Below, one piece after another: positions 56,566 to 64,000 of a stretch of 64,000 nt of DNA. The stretch lies in IMG/VR virus record IMGVR_UViG_3300001687_000017; one strand, 5' to 3'. Below the pieces are notes generated by a model. The model had not been told where the DNA came from. It made no database searches and was given only the letters and a program-made list of their open reading frames with translations. Origin of the DNA: an uncultured virus (IMG/VR IMGVR_UViG_3300001687_000017) (Duplodnaviria > Heunggongvirae > Uroviricota > Caudoviricetes). A program made the position numbers and the translations under genes. Every line of letters begins with the position of its first letter. The first letter of the stretch is position 1.

Positions 56566-57686
56566 GCGACCAAGCAACAGTCCTGCGCCAGATGAGGCCG
56601 CCCTACGCGGGCAACGCCAAAATCGTTTACGGCTTTCGCCGCTCCGTTCCTAAAAACTTCGGCTATACGCTGGAGATTCCGGTGGGTGGCAACGTCATCG
56701 CCCCGGCTGACGGCTCCGTCGAGCTTATTCAGCCGAGTTCGGTCGGATGGCGCTATACCAGTCCTGCGTTAAAGGGAGGCGCGATCCTGATTCGCATTAA
56801 CCACGGCTACGGGGTCAAAACCTACATTCACGGCGTTGCCAATCCCAGCGTCGGCTACGGCCAGGTGACGCGGGGACAGGTGCTCGGAACCTCGGCTTAT
56901 GGCGAGGTCTTTTTTGCCGTCGAAGTCTTTGGTTCCATGACCAACCCGTCGCGGGTCAACAGTTTCTTCGCGCCGCGCAGCGGCAATCTTTACGCGGGTC
57001 AGTCCGCGACCATTCGGCAGGCTCCGAACGTGGGCACCTGGTTTGTCTCGGCGCTATCCCAAGTCTGGTACAACGGCCTTCGTTATTTTACCACGCCCCA
57101 ACCGTTTTTCGTAAACGTGGATTTCAACGGCGGAGGTTCCAAAGCAGGGCTAGCGGCGGTGGGCTACGCGGAAACCGATTACTGGAACGTGCTGGTGCCC
57201 TTGGCGGGGCCTTTTGGCTACGCCTCCTACACCACGGACTGCGGCCCGACAGCCTATACCTGGACGGCGGAGCCCAGCGTCCCGCTGCTGGATTACCGAG
57301 GCAAGCCCTCGAAGGTTAGCCTGCGGCGCGTTATCGAGGACAATTTCTATGGCTCCAGCGCTGAATTCGACCCGATGCTTAGCACCTACTACGGTGGCTG
57401 GAGCGGCAGCACGCCTCGCCAGCAGTGGTACGACATTCGGGGCTTAGCGCCGGGGTCGTACGACATCTACGTTTACGCCAATCAGAAAAGTGGCTCGTAC
57501 ACTTCGATCATTTCGATGGCAGTGGCTGGCAGCCTTCCCACGACAAAAGTGCCGCTCAGCACGACTCAGGCTGCTTGGATTGAGGATTACAATTACGTCA
57601 AGTTCACCAAGACCCTGGGTGTCGGCGACTACTTGACCTTTGAGGTCTTAGGCTACATAGGCGGCCTGCAAATCACGCGTTCTTAA
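56562..57686 (+). CDS. M23-peptidase-like domain (metal ligands lost) plus C-terminal beta domain
   Basis: VGGNVIAPADGSV, IRINHGYGVKTYIH, V..GQVTRGQVLG; lacks HxxxD and HxH. Confidence 0.7.
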   Translation: MSDQATVLRQMRPPYAGNAKIVYGFRRSVPKNFGYTLEIPVGGNVIAPADGSVELIQPSSVGWRYTSPALKGGAILIRINHGYGVKTYIHGVANPSVGYGQVTRGQVLGTSAYGEVFFAVEVFGSMTNPSRVNSFFAPRSGNLYAGQSATIRQAPNVGTWFVSALSQVWYNGLRYFTTPQPFFVNVDFNGGGSKAGLAAVGYAETDYWNVLVPLAGPFGYASYTTDCGPTAYTWTAEPSVPLLDYRGKPSKVSLRRVIEDNFYGSSAEFDPMLSTYYGGWSGSTPRQQWYDIRGLAPGSYDIYVYANQKSGSYTSIISMAVAGSLPTTKVPLSTTQAAWIEDYNYVKFTKTLGVGDYLTFEVLGYIGGLQITRS

Positions 57687-57690
57687 CAGC

Positions 57691-58224
57691 GTGCGCGTGC
57701 CTTGGCCTCAATATCCACTGGTTTCTGGCTTGTTGGCGATCACCCGCCCGGATCGATTGGCTTTCGGTCGGGCCACGCTAATGAGCTTCATGGCTCAAGA
57801 CTGGCCGTGCCTGGAAGCAGTGGTATTCAACACGACCGATAGGAAGCTCAACCCGCCACGGGGCATCAGGGAAATACGGCTTAGAGCGATGCCACAGGCT
57901 CAGATGCTTGGCCTCTGTCGCCACAACGCCGACGGCCAGTATTGCGTGGTTCTGGAAGACGATACTTGGTACGGCCAGGGGCTCGTCACGACGCTGATGG
58001 AGCACGCGGAGCAGGACGCCTTGGTGCTCCTGCGGCGCAAGGTTCGTTATTCGGTCCAGGAGCAGCGTGGGTACTTGGTCGAGGACGACAGCATTGTGTG
58101 CCCGCTGTTTCCAAGGGTCCACCCAGCACCCTATGGTCCAAAGCTGTCGGAGATGGCCGCTCAGTTTCAGTACGTTCGGCACGCCGATGGCCCGGTTGAC
58201 CTGATGGTGAAGTTCACGCGATGA
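57691..58224 (+). CDS. glycosyltransferase-like protein (GT2-like, divergent)
   Basis: YPLVSGLL, SFMAQDWP.LE, ADGQYCVVLEDDTWY. Confidence 0.7.
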   Translation: MRVPWPQYPLVSGLLAITRPDRLAFGRATLMSFMAQDWPCLEAVVFNTTDRKLNPPRGIREIRLRAMPQAQMLGLCRHNADGQYCVVLEDDTWYGQGLVTTLMEHAEQDALVLLRRKVRYSVQEQRGYLVEDDSIVCPLFPRVHPAPYGPKLSEMAAQFQYVRHADGPVDLMVKFTR

Positions 58225-59954
58225 AAGCTCTGGAAAAGGCAGTGCGCGAGTGGTCTTCGATCAAAGGCTACGCTCCTGAGCGCTTCGACCCCTTCAGCGT
58301 GGATACCGGCATCAAGGTTTACGATCGGAATAGGCCGCGCAGGTTTTACCACAGCGGCGACATCGGCGACATCATCTATGCTTTGCCCACCATGCGGGCC
58401 TTGGGCGGAGGAGAGCTGGTCCTGGGGCCGCAAATGCGCCAGGATGTGCGGGCCACGGTTCGGGCGGCAATGACCGAGAAAATGGCCGCGATGCTCCGTC
58501 CGCTGCTGCAATTGCAGAGCTACGTCAAGTGGGTGGCCTTCGCGCCCGCAATGCCGGAAGTGGACGTTGACCTGAACAAGTTCCGCGAGGAGCTGGTAGT
58601 CGACAGCGCCGCCTTCCGGCGCACAGGCCGTCTGCTGAATCTCGCCGAGGCACACTTGAAGCGCTTCCGGCTGGATTTGCGCGAATGCCAAAAACCGTGG
58701 CTGGTTGTCGACCGGGCGGTGGCCATTAAAGACCGGCCCGTAATTCTGCACCGCTCGCCCCGGTGGCGGAATTCGGATTTTCCTTGGCAGGACGTGCTCG
58801 AAAAATACGGATCGCAGGCACTCTTTGTCGGACTGCGAAGCGAGTACGACGACTTCGTGTCCGACTGGGGCGCTGACCTGCCGTTCTACCAAATCAGCGA
58901 CTTTCTGGACATGGCCAGGCTGATCGCCGGGTCCGAGCTGTTCATCGGTAACCAGAGTTTTCCATACGCCCTAGCTGAGGGCATGAAGAAGACTTCGCTG
59001 CTCGAAGTATGGCCGGATGGTCCGAACTGTCTGTTTCAGAGGCCCAACGCCAACTACGGCCTGGGCAAAAACGTTTACATTCCAAACCTCAAGTTCAGTA
59101 TGGTCGAAGAAAAGCTGACTGAATGCCCGATGTGCGGCACTGCCGACGCTGTCCCCGTCAGGCGGAGCGCGGACATCGTTTCCTGCAACAGCTGCAATCT
59201 CGTTTACCTGCGAACTCGCATGAGCGCCGACAGCATGGAGGAGCACTATCAGCGGTACGCTGACGGCACATCTCACATGCGGCTGCCTGAGCGGATCGAG
59301 GAAGTCCGCACGTCCGGCTTGCGTCGGGAGTACTTCATGCAAGAGCTTCTGGAGCACGTCAAATCCGGCGCGTTACTGGACATCGGGAGCGGGTGGGGTG
59401 CCTGGCTGTCCAACGCCAGGGCCAAGGGCTTTTCGGTGCGCGGTGTCGAAATATGCCGTAAAATGGCCGATTTCGCCTGTTCGGTCCTCGGCGTTCCCAC
59501 TATGACTCGGCAGCTTGAAGACTGCGGCTTCGCCAACGCCGACTTTGACGTGGTCACGGCGATTCACTCGCTGGAACACCTGCCCTACCCGAAAACGGCG
59601 TGGGAGACTGTGCGCCGCATTCTTCGTCCGGGCGGTTTCTTCTGCGGCATCGTTCCCAACTTCGAGTCATTGTGCTCCAGAGCACAGAAGGAGGGATGGA
59701 TGTGGCTGGACCCGAACATGCACTACGTCCACTATACCGAAAACACCCTGCGGCAGTGCTTGGAACGCTTCGGGTTCCAGCCAATTCGCATTTACACCGC
59801 GACCGGTGACTTTGATCCGGGCCAGGTCGCCAAAGTGGTCTCAGCCAGCTCACAAGTACCGATCGGCGAAGAGGAGATGAAAAGCCGCATTGAGGCAGTC
59901 TGCGCCAGCGGCGAGGGAGAGGAATTACGATGGTTTGCACAAAAGAAGAGCTGA
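58221..59954 (+). CDS. GT9-like glycosyltransferase fused to class I SAM methyltransferase
   Basis: HSGDIGDIIY, IAGSELFIGNQS; then CPMC..CNSC, LLDIGSGWG, GVEI, FDVV..HSLEH. Confidence 0.88.
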   Translation: MKALEKAVREWSSIKGYAPERFDPFSVDTGIKVYDRNRPRRFYHSGDIGDIIYALPTMRALGGGELVLGPQMRQDVRATVRAAMTEKMAAMLRPLLQLQSYVKWVAFAPAMPEVDVDLNKFREELVVDSAAFRRTGRLLNLAEAHLKRFRLDLRECQKPWLVVDRAVAIKDRPVILHRSPRWRNSDFPWQDVLEKYGSQALFVGLRSEYDDFVSDWGADLPFYQISDFLDMARLIAGSELFIGNQSFPYALAEGMKKTSLLEVWPDGPNCLFQRPNANYGLGKNVYIPNLKFSMVEEKLTECPMCGTADAVPVRRSADIVSCNSCNLVYLRTRMSADSMEEHYQRYADGTSHMRLPERIEEVRTSGLRREYFMQELLEHVKSGALLDIGSGWGAWLSNARAKGFSVRGVEICRKMADFACSVLGVPTMTRQLEDCGFANADFDVVTAIHSLEHLPYPKTAWETVRRILRPGGFFCGIVPNFESLCSRAQKEGWMWLDPNMHYVHYTENTLRQCLERFGFQPIRIYTATGDFDPGQVAKVVSASSQVPIGEEEMKSRIEAVCASGEGEELRWFAQKKS

Positions 59955-60832
59955 AAAAGATCGCTGTGGCCATTCCGTCCTATCGGAGGCCCGAATTCCT
60001 GAAGCGATGTATCGCCGCTGTAGCCGCCATGCCGGAGGTCCAGGCAGGCGTCCCGGTCTTCCTGCTGGCTGACGGCGGCTTGGAATCGCAACGAGAGCGC
60101 TGTATGGCCGCTTTTCTGGCGGAGTACGTGCCCGACAGGACCGTGATCTGCCGCACGGATCGCCACCGGCAGCCTCGGAATATGATCCTTGGTAAGCAAG
60201 AGCTGTTTAGCAGGGGCTTTGAGTGGGTGGCGATCATCGAAGAAGATGTCGTTGTTCACCAGCATTGGCTGGCGCTCATGCTTTCGCTACATCGGTGGGC
60301 GGACGAGAACTTTGACAACTGCGGCATGGTTGGGAGCAGCATTGTGGACGACGCCAACGACCCAGCCTGGGTTTCGGATGCTGGTCAGTCCATTTGCAAT
60401 CATCTGATTTCAAAGCGCGCTTGGACCCGGATATGGCCGATGCTCTGCGATTACCTGGATCGCGTGCCTGAAAGCGAGGAACGCGACGACCCGCGTGTGA
60501 TTCAGGTCCAGCGTTGGTTCAATGAGCAGGCCGCCAGAATTCCCGCAGGCGGGCCGCGCAGCATTCCTCACCACTGGCGGTCGGAGCCCAAAGACTTCTA
60601 CTTAGCGGAATCGGTGCCCGCCAGCCAGGATGCTGCGCACGATCTGGCCCTTCGTGTAAACGGCATGGCTAGGCTTGTTTGCGACGCCAATCGGGCCGTG
60701 CATATCGGCAGCTATGGCGAGCACACAACGCAGAACGAGAAGTACGATCAAACCTTAAAAGGCTGGCCTGAAGATGCCGACCGAACCTCATTTGTCTTGC
60801 GGAGGAAAAGGCCCGCTCCCGCCGTGGCGTGA
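59930..60832 (+). CDS. GT-A fold glycosyltransferase
   Basis: IPSYRRPEFL, LADGG, IIEEDVVV, SQD, RAVHIG.YGEH. Confidence 0.8.
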   Translation: MVCTKEELKKIAVAIPSYRRPEFLKRCIAAVAAMPEVQAGVPVFLLADGGLESQRERCMAAFLAEYVPDRTVICRTDRHRQPRNMILGKQELFSRGFEWVAIIEEDVVVHQHWLALMLSLHRWADENFDNCGMVGSSIVDDANDPAWVSDAGQSICNHLISKRAWTRIWPMLCDYLDRVPESEERDDPRVIQVQRWFNEQAARIPAGGPRSIPHHWRSEPKDFYLAESVPASQDAAHDLALRVNGMARLVCDANRAVHIGSYGEHTTQNEKYDQTLKGWPEDADRTSFVLRRKRPAPAVA

Positions 60833-61415
60833 CAGCCTGTGGTTCAAAGCCATGATCCAGGTTTTGACGGACGGGCCGCGCCATTCGCTGGTAAACCCGA
60901 GCCGCCTGTGGATTCTGGCCGAAGCATGCTCTTTGGTTCGGGGCCTTGTCGGCTGTGCCGTTGAATTTGGTGTTTACCGGGGAGGCTCGGCCTGGTTCCT
61001 ACGAAATGTGCTGCCATCCGACGTGGTTCTCCATCTGTACGATAGTTTTCAGGGCCTGCCAAAGCCATCGCCCCACGACGGGTTTCACGAGGGCGATTTC
61101 GGGGACACGTCCCTCGATCAGATCAACGACTTGGCGCAAAAGCCCAACGTGGTAATTCATACTGGCGTGTGGAGCGCCGACGTGGAGGTCCCTGAATCGG
61201 TTTGTTTTGCCCATCTGGACTGCGACATTTACCCAAGCGCCAAGGATGCGCTCGCCGCCCTTTGGCCGAAGATGCTGCCCGGCGGACTGATTGTCTGCGA
61301 CGACTACGGTTTTCCGAATTGCCAGGGCGTTTACAAAGCTGTAAACGAATTTATCGCCAGCTACGGTGTCCGCCCCATGCGGCTTGAAACAGGCCAATGC
61401 CTGCTGTTCCGATGA
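60774..61415 (+). CDS. TylF/MycF-family O-methyltransferase (start may be 60852)
   Basis: VEFGVYRGGS, YDSFQGLP, FAHLDCDIY, GGLIVCDDY. Confidence 0.9.
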   Translation: MPTEPHLSCGGKGPLPPWRDSLWFKAMIQVLTDGPRHSLVNPSRLWILAEACSLVRGLVGCAVEFGVYRGGSAWFLRNVLPSDVVLHLYDSFQGLPKPSPHDGFHEGDFGDTSLDQINDLAQKPNVVIHTGVWSADVEVPESVCFAHLDCDIYPSAKDALAALWPKMLPGGLIVCDDYGFPNCQGVYKAVNEFIASYGVRPMRLETGQCLLFR

Positions 61416-62341
61416 AAAGGCAAAAGATCGATGATCGGTTTCCAAGCAAAGTGATGTACAGGACGCATCCGTGCGTTTTTGAGCGCTCAATCGCGCCCGA
61501 GCCTGGAACCGCGTGGGCGGTGCGGGGACCCAGGCGGCTGATGACTTACCGCGTAGAGCTTGAGCCCCTGAACCAGCGCAGCTCGACGTGCCTGTGTCCT
61601 CTCGACGATAACTGGACGCCCATGTACCATTTGGAGCACCACCTGGATTTCGGTCTTCCGCGCAATGAACAGCGCATGGCCATCGAGGAGGACTGCCGGT
61701 TGTTCAATTTTTGCGGCAGGGTTTGGTTCAACATCACCAACCGCAACGATACGTTCCTGGGCGAGCTGGATTGGCAGGCCCACGACCCGAAGGTGGTCGG
61801 CTGCGGCATTCTCGCGTTTCCGTTTGAGGTCGGCAGCACGGAAAAGAACTGGATGTTCTTTGAACAGGGTGGCCTGCTCTACGGGGTCAGATGGGTTCAC
61901 GCCCACGTCGTTCATCGGATTTACCCCGACTTCCAGAAAGGTCACGCGGTTAGCGAGCCTATCGTCCACGAATACCGGCTGGACTGGCCGCATGGCCGTC
62001 CCCACGGCGGCACGTCGCCAGTTGCGATCGGCGACGAGTACCTCAGCCTTTTTCAGTCCAGCAAGCTCGCTGCGGTAAATGGCCGCAAAGACTACTACGT
62101 TGGCGTTTACGCTTTTGAGGCCAAGCCACCTTTTAGGGTTACGCGTGTGCCAAAAGAGCCTTTGATTTCTCCGCTGACCTGGCCCGAACATTCTGTCGGG
62201 TTCAATGGGCACAACACTTTCTTTCCGTTGGGCCTTGCACGAGAGAACGACACCTGGAGGGTCAGTCTTGGGGATGACCGCGCCATGTGGCTGCTCGAAT
62301 ACAGCACCGATGAACTCCTCGACGCAACCAAACCTGTTTGA
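61397..62341 (+). CDS. five-bladed beta-propeller glycoside hydrolase/phosphorylase-like protein (GH130-like)
   Basis: EDCRLF, EKNWMFF, HGGTSP, FEAKPPFR, FPLG. Confidence 0.75.
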   Translation: MPAVPMKRQKIDDRFPSKVMYRTHPCVFERSIAPEPGTAWAVRGPRRLMTYRVELEPLNQRSSTCLCPLDDNWTPMYHLEHHLDFGLPRNEQRMAIEEDCRLFNFCGRVWFNITNRNDTFLGELDWQAHDPKVVGCGILAFPFEVGSTEKNWMFFEQGGLLYGVRWVHAHVVHRIYPDFQKGHAVSEPIVHEYRLDWPHGRPHGGTSPVAIGDEYLSLFQSSKLAAVNGRKDYYVGVYAFEAKPPFRVTRVPKEPLISPLTWPEHSVGFNGHNTFFPLGLARENDTWRVSLGDDRAMWLLEYSTDELLDATKPV

Positions 62342-62933
62342 GCTGATGGAGCAGACGATGGGAATGCTCTGCTTTCCCAGGGCCACCCATCTGGCGCATT
62401 ACCTTCTTCAGACGGCCACGGTTCCAGGAGCGGTGGCTGAATTTGGCTGCCACCAGGGCCGTACGGCGGCCTTTATGACGGCTCTGACCAAGAAGCACGT
62501 TTACGTTTACGATAGCTTTGCCGGGCTGCCGCCACCGTCGGAGCATGACAGGCCATCGGAGGTCTTCCACGAGGGCGCGATGGCTATAAGCCCGCAAGAG
62601 CTGGTAGACCTATTCAAGAGACTCGGGCTGCGCACACCGATCATTGAGCCCGGCTTCTTCAAGGACCTCCAGCCCCACCAGTTGCCCAAGGAAATCGCTT
62701 TTGCCCACTTGGACGGCGACTTCTACGAAAGCATTGCGGGGCCGCTGTACGTGGTCTGGCCGAGGCTGTCGCCCGGAGGCTACATCGTGGTCGACGATTG
62801 GGACTGGGACCAGCTACCGGGCGTCACGGACGCGGTCAAGGCGTGGTCGAAAGATATAGGGATCAAGCCGGAGGTTCAGTACGGCACGGACGGGGCAGGA
62901 TGCCACCAGGCGGTGCTGCACAAACCTAGTTAG
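62310..62933 (+). CDS. TylF/MycF-family O-methyltransferase, second copy
   Basis: VAEFGC..G, YDSFAGLP, GFF, FAHLDGDFYES, GGYIVVDDW. Confidence 0.9.
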   Translation: MNSSTQPNLFELMEQTMGMLCFPRATHLAHYLLQTATVPGAVAEFGCHQGRTAAFMTALTKKHVYVYDSFAGLPPPSEHDRPSEVFHEGAMAISPQELVDLFKRLGLRTPIIEPGFFKDLQPHQLPKEIAFAHLDGDFYESIAGPLYVVWPRLSPGGYIVVDDWDWDQLPGVTDAVKAWSKDIGIKPEVQYGTDGAGCHQAVLHKPS

Positions 62934-63120
62934 GGACCGGTACGGCCTTAAGCTGAACCGGTTCAGGCTCGGCGGGCTTTGATTCGGCAAGGTGCTTCAT
63001 CACGTCCACGCTAACCTGAGCTGTCCGGTCCTCGACCAGCTGCTGGCCCGATTCCTCGACCGGGCGCGTTTCGGGCTCGAACTGACGGGCCAGGTCGATA
63101 TGCTCATGTAGGCGACTCAT
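62926..63120 (-). CDS. small late protein
   Basis: TAGTTAAG 4 nt upstream of ATG. Confidence 0.55.
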   Translation of the reverse strand: MSRLHEHIDLARQFEPETRPVEESGQQLVEDRTAQVSVDVMKHLAESKPAEPEPVQLKAVPVPN

Positions 63121-63134
63121 CGTTCTTAACTACG

Positions 63135-64000
63135 ATGACTGGCGATCAGCTACGCGAAACGGTCGAGCAGCTCTTTCAGCCGGTGCCGCACCGCAGCACC
63201 GCGACGGAGCTGGCTTTCGTCTGCCCGCAGCCCGGATGCACGGATTCTTCCGGCCACCGATCCGTTAACCTGAAGACCGGCCAGACCAACTGCTGGATTT
63301 GCGGGGTCGGCGGCGATTTTGTGCGCTGGGCACAGCGGCTTGGCTACGCGGTCACGGAGGAACACCGGGTTACCAAGCCGATGGAGGAGGCTGAGTTCGA
63401 CCGCATCAGCCGGACTCCGGTCAATGACTTGCCGGTGGTCACCAATATCAAACTGCCGAAGGGTTTCAGGCTTTGCCGGGACTACCCGAACAGCGTTTAC
63501 ACGGAATTCATCGCCGAAATGGCCGAGCGCAAGGGACTGAAAATCGATGACCTCATGTCCGTGAGTGTGGGCTTTACGAAGACCGATCCGTTATGGGAGC
63601 CTTACGCGATCTTCCCCAGTTTCGAGTATGACAAGGTCGTTTACTATCAAGGCCGGACCTATGTCGACGAGCCCGACCAGAAAACCAAGAAGTTCCCCAG
63701 CCGCCGGGAAGTTCCCTACAGCGCCAAGTACTGGGTCTACGGCATTGACGAACTGCGCGCCGAGCGGCCCGAGACCGTGCTGGTCATGGAATCCATTTTG
63801 AACGTGCTGACCATGCGGCGGTTCATGCGCCGTCACAAAATCAAAGGCGTCGGTACAGCCTGTGTTTTCAGCCACAGCATCAGCGAGCCGCAGGCCACCA
63901 AACTCAGGCAGCTGGAATTCCTGAAGGAGGTTGTGCTTCTATTCGACCACGACGCGACTCGTCGCGGCTGGCAGAAATCGCCCAGGCTCGGCAACAAGTT
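63135..64000 (+). CDS. gp61: DNA primase (gp61-like), truncated by window end
   Basis: Read by hand: MTGDQLRE...FVCPQPGC...NCWICG zinc finger, YYQGRTY, Toprim-like VLVMESILN and LLFDHDA. Not in ORF track. Confidence 0.88.
   Translation, partial: MTGDQLRETVEQLFQPVPHRSTATELAFVCPQPGCTDSSGHRSVNLKTGQTNCWICGVGGDFVRWAQRLGYAVTEEHRVTKPMEEAEFDRISRTPVNDLPVVTNIKLPKGFRLCRDYPNSVYTEFIAEMAERKGLKIDDLMSVSVGFTKTDPLWEPYAIFPSFEYDKVVYYQGRTYVDEPDQKTKKFPSRREVPYSAKYWVYGIDELRAERPETVLVMESILNVLTMRRFMRRHKIKGVGTACVFSHSISEPQATKLRQLEFLKEVVLLFDHDATRRGWQKSPRLGNK

Noticed and set aside
1..64000. Alternative genetic code (stop-codon reassignment)
   Set aside because: Core genes are full-length under the standard bacterial code, and TAA, TAG and TGA all end recognisable genes.
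1..64000. Prophage, or bacterial contractile injection system (eCIS/T6SS) locus
   Set aside because: Capsid, protease, neck and replication genes are present, with no host genes, integrase or att boundary in the window.

Overview
This is a 64-kb, GC-rich (about 60% by eye) segment of a large T4-like or jumbo myovirus genome, with no bacterial housekeeping genes. Structural genes: gp23-like major capsid, a gp21 protease-scaffold fusion, gp13/gp14/gp15-like neck proteins, gp18 sheath, a gp19-like tube (frameshifted), tape measure, gp5/gp26/gp27-like baseplate proteins and probable virion appendage proteins. Replication and recombination genes: gp32-like SSB, UvsX/RecA, UvsY-like protein, gp46/SbcC, 5'-3' exonuclease, primase and a ligase-like core. 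It also encodes a phage tubulin, HU/IHF, two tandem sigma-like factors, at least 6 glycosyltransferase genes, 2 TylF O-methyltransferases, and a lower-GC methyltransferase island. Signals not shown by the ORF track: (1) a cluster of non-canonical tRNAs (Leu-GAG-like, Lys-UUU, and a D-arm-less Gln-UUG remnant); (2) three upstream motif classes (sigma70-like, GTTCT, TAGTTAAG) sitting almost on start codons, which fit a cascade run by the two phage sigma factors on largely leaderless mRNAs; (3) a probable programmed +1 frameshift at UUU_CGU extending the gp26-like gene; (4) strong window-wide enrichment of GTAAAC/GTTTAC. Two host-like domains suggest a Verrucomicrobiota host (inference). All family calls come from recognising motifs by eye, not from database searches.
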